In this document: one piece after another, positions 24,524 to 26,050 of the stretch
How positions within the stretch are numbered: position 1 is the first letter of the stretch
Layout: each line of letters begins with the position of its first letter
From: a virus
Lineage: Duplodnaviria > Caudoviricetes
Strand: one strand, 5' to 3'
IMG/VR virus record: IMGVR_UViG_3300048578_000406
Coordinates: 1-26,050 of that record
DNA: 26,050 bases
The notes under the pieces: generated by a model
The model's database searches: none
What the model was told of the DNA's origin: nothing
What the model saw: only the letters and a program-made list of their open reading frames with translations
Program-made: the position numbers and the translations under genes

Positions 24524-25510
24524 ATGTACAAAAAAGGTATTGACGTGTCGAAATGGCAGGGCCTGATCGACTGGAAAAAGGTCAAAGCGGCGGGCATCGA
24601 ATTCGCCATGGTTCGCCTGGGCTACGGTTCATCGCGTGGCGACAATTGCAAGACCGACGCCTTCTTCAAAACAAACATTGAGGGGGCGCTGGCGGCCGGG
24701 ATCGACGTGGGCGTGTACTTCTATAGTTATGCGTTAAACGCGGCGGCGGCAGCCAAGGAGGCAACCTACGTGGTCAGTGTGCTGACACCGTACAAGGACC
24801 GGCTGCGTTACCCGGTGGCCTATGACATCGAGGACGAAAGCCAGCGGAACCTGGGCAAGCCCGTTCTCACGTCCATGGTGGAGGCGTTCTGCACGACTAT
24901 CGAAAGCGCCGGTTATTTTGCCAGTTTTTACGCAAACCTAGATTGGTGCAACAACAGGCTGGACATGAACACGTTGAAACGCTTCGACTTATGGCTGGCA
25001 CAATGGACAAGCAAGGCATCCACAAAATACGACCACGGCATGTGGCAGTACACCAGCAGTGGCAGCGTGAACGGCATCAGCGGAAACGTGGACATGAACA
25101 CCGCGATCAAGGACTATCCGGCCATTATAGGCAGCAAACAGCCGCCTGTGCAGCCCGTGGAGCCGTCGAAGGAAACGCCGAAAGACAACACGCCTCAGGC
25201 AGCCGTCTACACCGTTAAAAAGGGCGACACACTGTCCAAGATAGCGGCCGACCACGGCTCCACCTTGTCAGCGGTGATCGCAGCGAATCCGCAGATCACG
25301 AACCCCAACCTGATCCACGTCGGCGACGTGGTAAACATCCCTGGGACCATTAAACCAGCCACAAAGACCTATACGGTCAAGAAGGGTGACACTCTTTCAA
25401 AAATCGCCATAGCGCACAAGGTAACACTGTCAGCGGTGATCGCAGCGAATCCGCAAATCACGAACCCCAACCTGATCCACGTCGGCGACGTGGTAAACAT
25501 CCCTGCATAG
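24524..25510 (+). CDS. Endolysin: GH25 muramidase with two C-terminal LysM domains
   Basis: GIDVSKWQG.IDW.KVK, GVYFYSYA, YDIED, WLAQW and WQYTSSGSV.GISGNVDMN; two copies of YTVKKGDTLSKIA...ANPQITNPNLIHVGDVVNIP. Confidence 0.95.
   Translation: MYKKGIDVSKWQGLIDWKKVKAAGIEFAMVRLGYGSSRGDNCKTDAFFKTNIEGALAAGIDVGVYFYSYALNAAAAAKEATYVVSVLTPYKDRLRYPVAYDIEDESQRNLGKPVLTSMVEAFCTTIESAGYFASFYANLDWCNNRLDMNTLKRFDLWLAQWTSKASTKYDHGMWQYTSSGSVNGISGNVDMNTAIKDYPAIIGSKQPPVQPVEPSKETPKDNTPQAAVYTVKKGDTLSKIAADHGSTLSAVIAANPQITNPNLIHVGDVVNIPGTIKPATKTYTVKKGDTLSKIAIAHKVTLSAVIAANPQITNPNLIHVGDVVNIPA
25266..25505 (+). repeat. 78-bp direct repeat (25266-25343 and 25428-25505) within the LysM domains
   Basis: 77/78 identical; the only difference is CAG versus CAA. 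Confidence 0.9.
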
Positions 25511-25552
25511 TTAAAAACCGGCCAAACGCCGGAATTATAAGGAGGTTAAACC

Positions 25553-26050
25553 ATGAAAAAAATACTCGCTTTACTTATTGCCGCGCTGATCCTGGTGATG
25601 ATGGTGTGCGTACCTGCCTTCGCAGCAGACACCACAACCATGGACGCGACCGCGCCGGGCGTGGTGAATACGGTGCTGCCGTACCTTTTCGAGATTGCCG
25701 CCTCGTTCCTGATCGCCATGATCGGCGTCCTGGCGGCGTGGTTAAGCGCCAAAATCGCAAAACAGACGCACCTTTCAAACATTGGCACGGCCGTCGAACA
25801 GGTTATGCTGGCCGCACAGATCACGGTCGGCGAATTACAGCAAACAACAGTAAACAGCCTAAAGGCGGCACAAGGCGGAAAGCTGACGGACGCGCAGATC
25901 GCCGACTTGAAACGTCAGCTACTACAAAAGACATCGGAGAAACTATCTGCCCCGGTGGTGCAGCTGTTGGAGGCGGCAAAAACGGACGTCAACGCCATCA
26001 TAGCGGGCGCGGCCGAGGACTTGATCGGCAGGATGAAATCGGAGACATAA
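25553..26050 (+). CDS. Putative holin (LL-H-like) with N-terminal signal-peptide-like extension
   Basis: AAGGAGG RBS; two hydrophobic segments, then AAQ.TV.ELQQT.V..LK.A..GKLT; adjacent to the endolysin. Confidence 0.6.
   Translation: MKKILALLIAALILVMMVCVPAFAADTTTMDATAPGVVNTVLPYLFEIAASFLIAMIGVLAAWLSAKIAKQTHLSNIGTAVEQVMLAAQITVGELQQTTVNSLKAAQGGKLTDAQIADLKRQLLQKTSEKLSAPVVQLLEAAKTDVNAIIAGAAEDLIGRMKSET

Noticed and set aside
310-25824. Numerous minus-strand and alternative-frame ORFs in the ORF track
   Set aside because: They overlap well-supported + strand phage genes, lack RBSs and motifs, and are expected shadows in GC-rich coding DNA.
500-26000. Frequent CAGCTG and GATC words as possible methyltransferase targets
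   Set aside because: Plausibly explained by preferred CAG-CTG and ATC codons; cannot be supported without a codon-aware count.
1-26050. CRISPR array, tRNA, rRNA, integrase or att sites, invertase-type fibre switching
   Set aside because: No spaced repeat array, cloverleaf, recombinase gene or inverted fibre cassette was seen in the window.

Overview
Late (structural and lysis) region of a temperate myovirus-type phage or prophage, with all credible genes on the + strand. A host in the Bacillota/Clostridia is inferred from the AGGAGG ribosome-binding sites and the GH25-LysM endolysin. Gene order: 3' end of a Mor-family activator, three Mu gp25/26/27-like genes, a NusG-paralog antiterminator, a hairpin-rich leader, large terminase, beta-class DNA methyltransferase, portal fused to a MuF minor-head domain, prohead protease fused to the major capsid protein, neck genes, sheath, tube, tail chaperone(s), tape measure, baseplate, tail fibre, and lysis genes. 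The main feature is a compact diversity-generating retroelement (DGR) between the tail fibre gene and its chaperone. A 112-bp variable repeat (VR) at the 3' end of the fibre gene differs from a template repeat (TR) 206 bp downstream at 18 positions, all of them TR adenines. A GC-rich hairpin and a DGR-type reverse transcriptase are present, but no recognisable avd accessory gene is, and a 15-nt inverted repeat brackets the TR. Family assignments come from motif recognition and gene order by eye, not from database searches.
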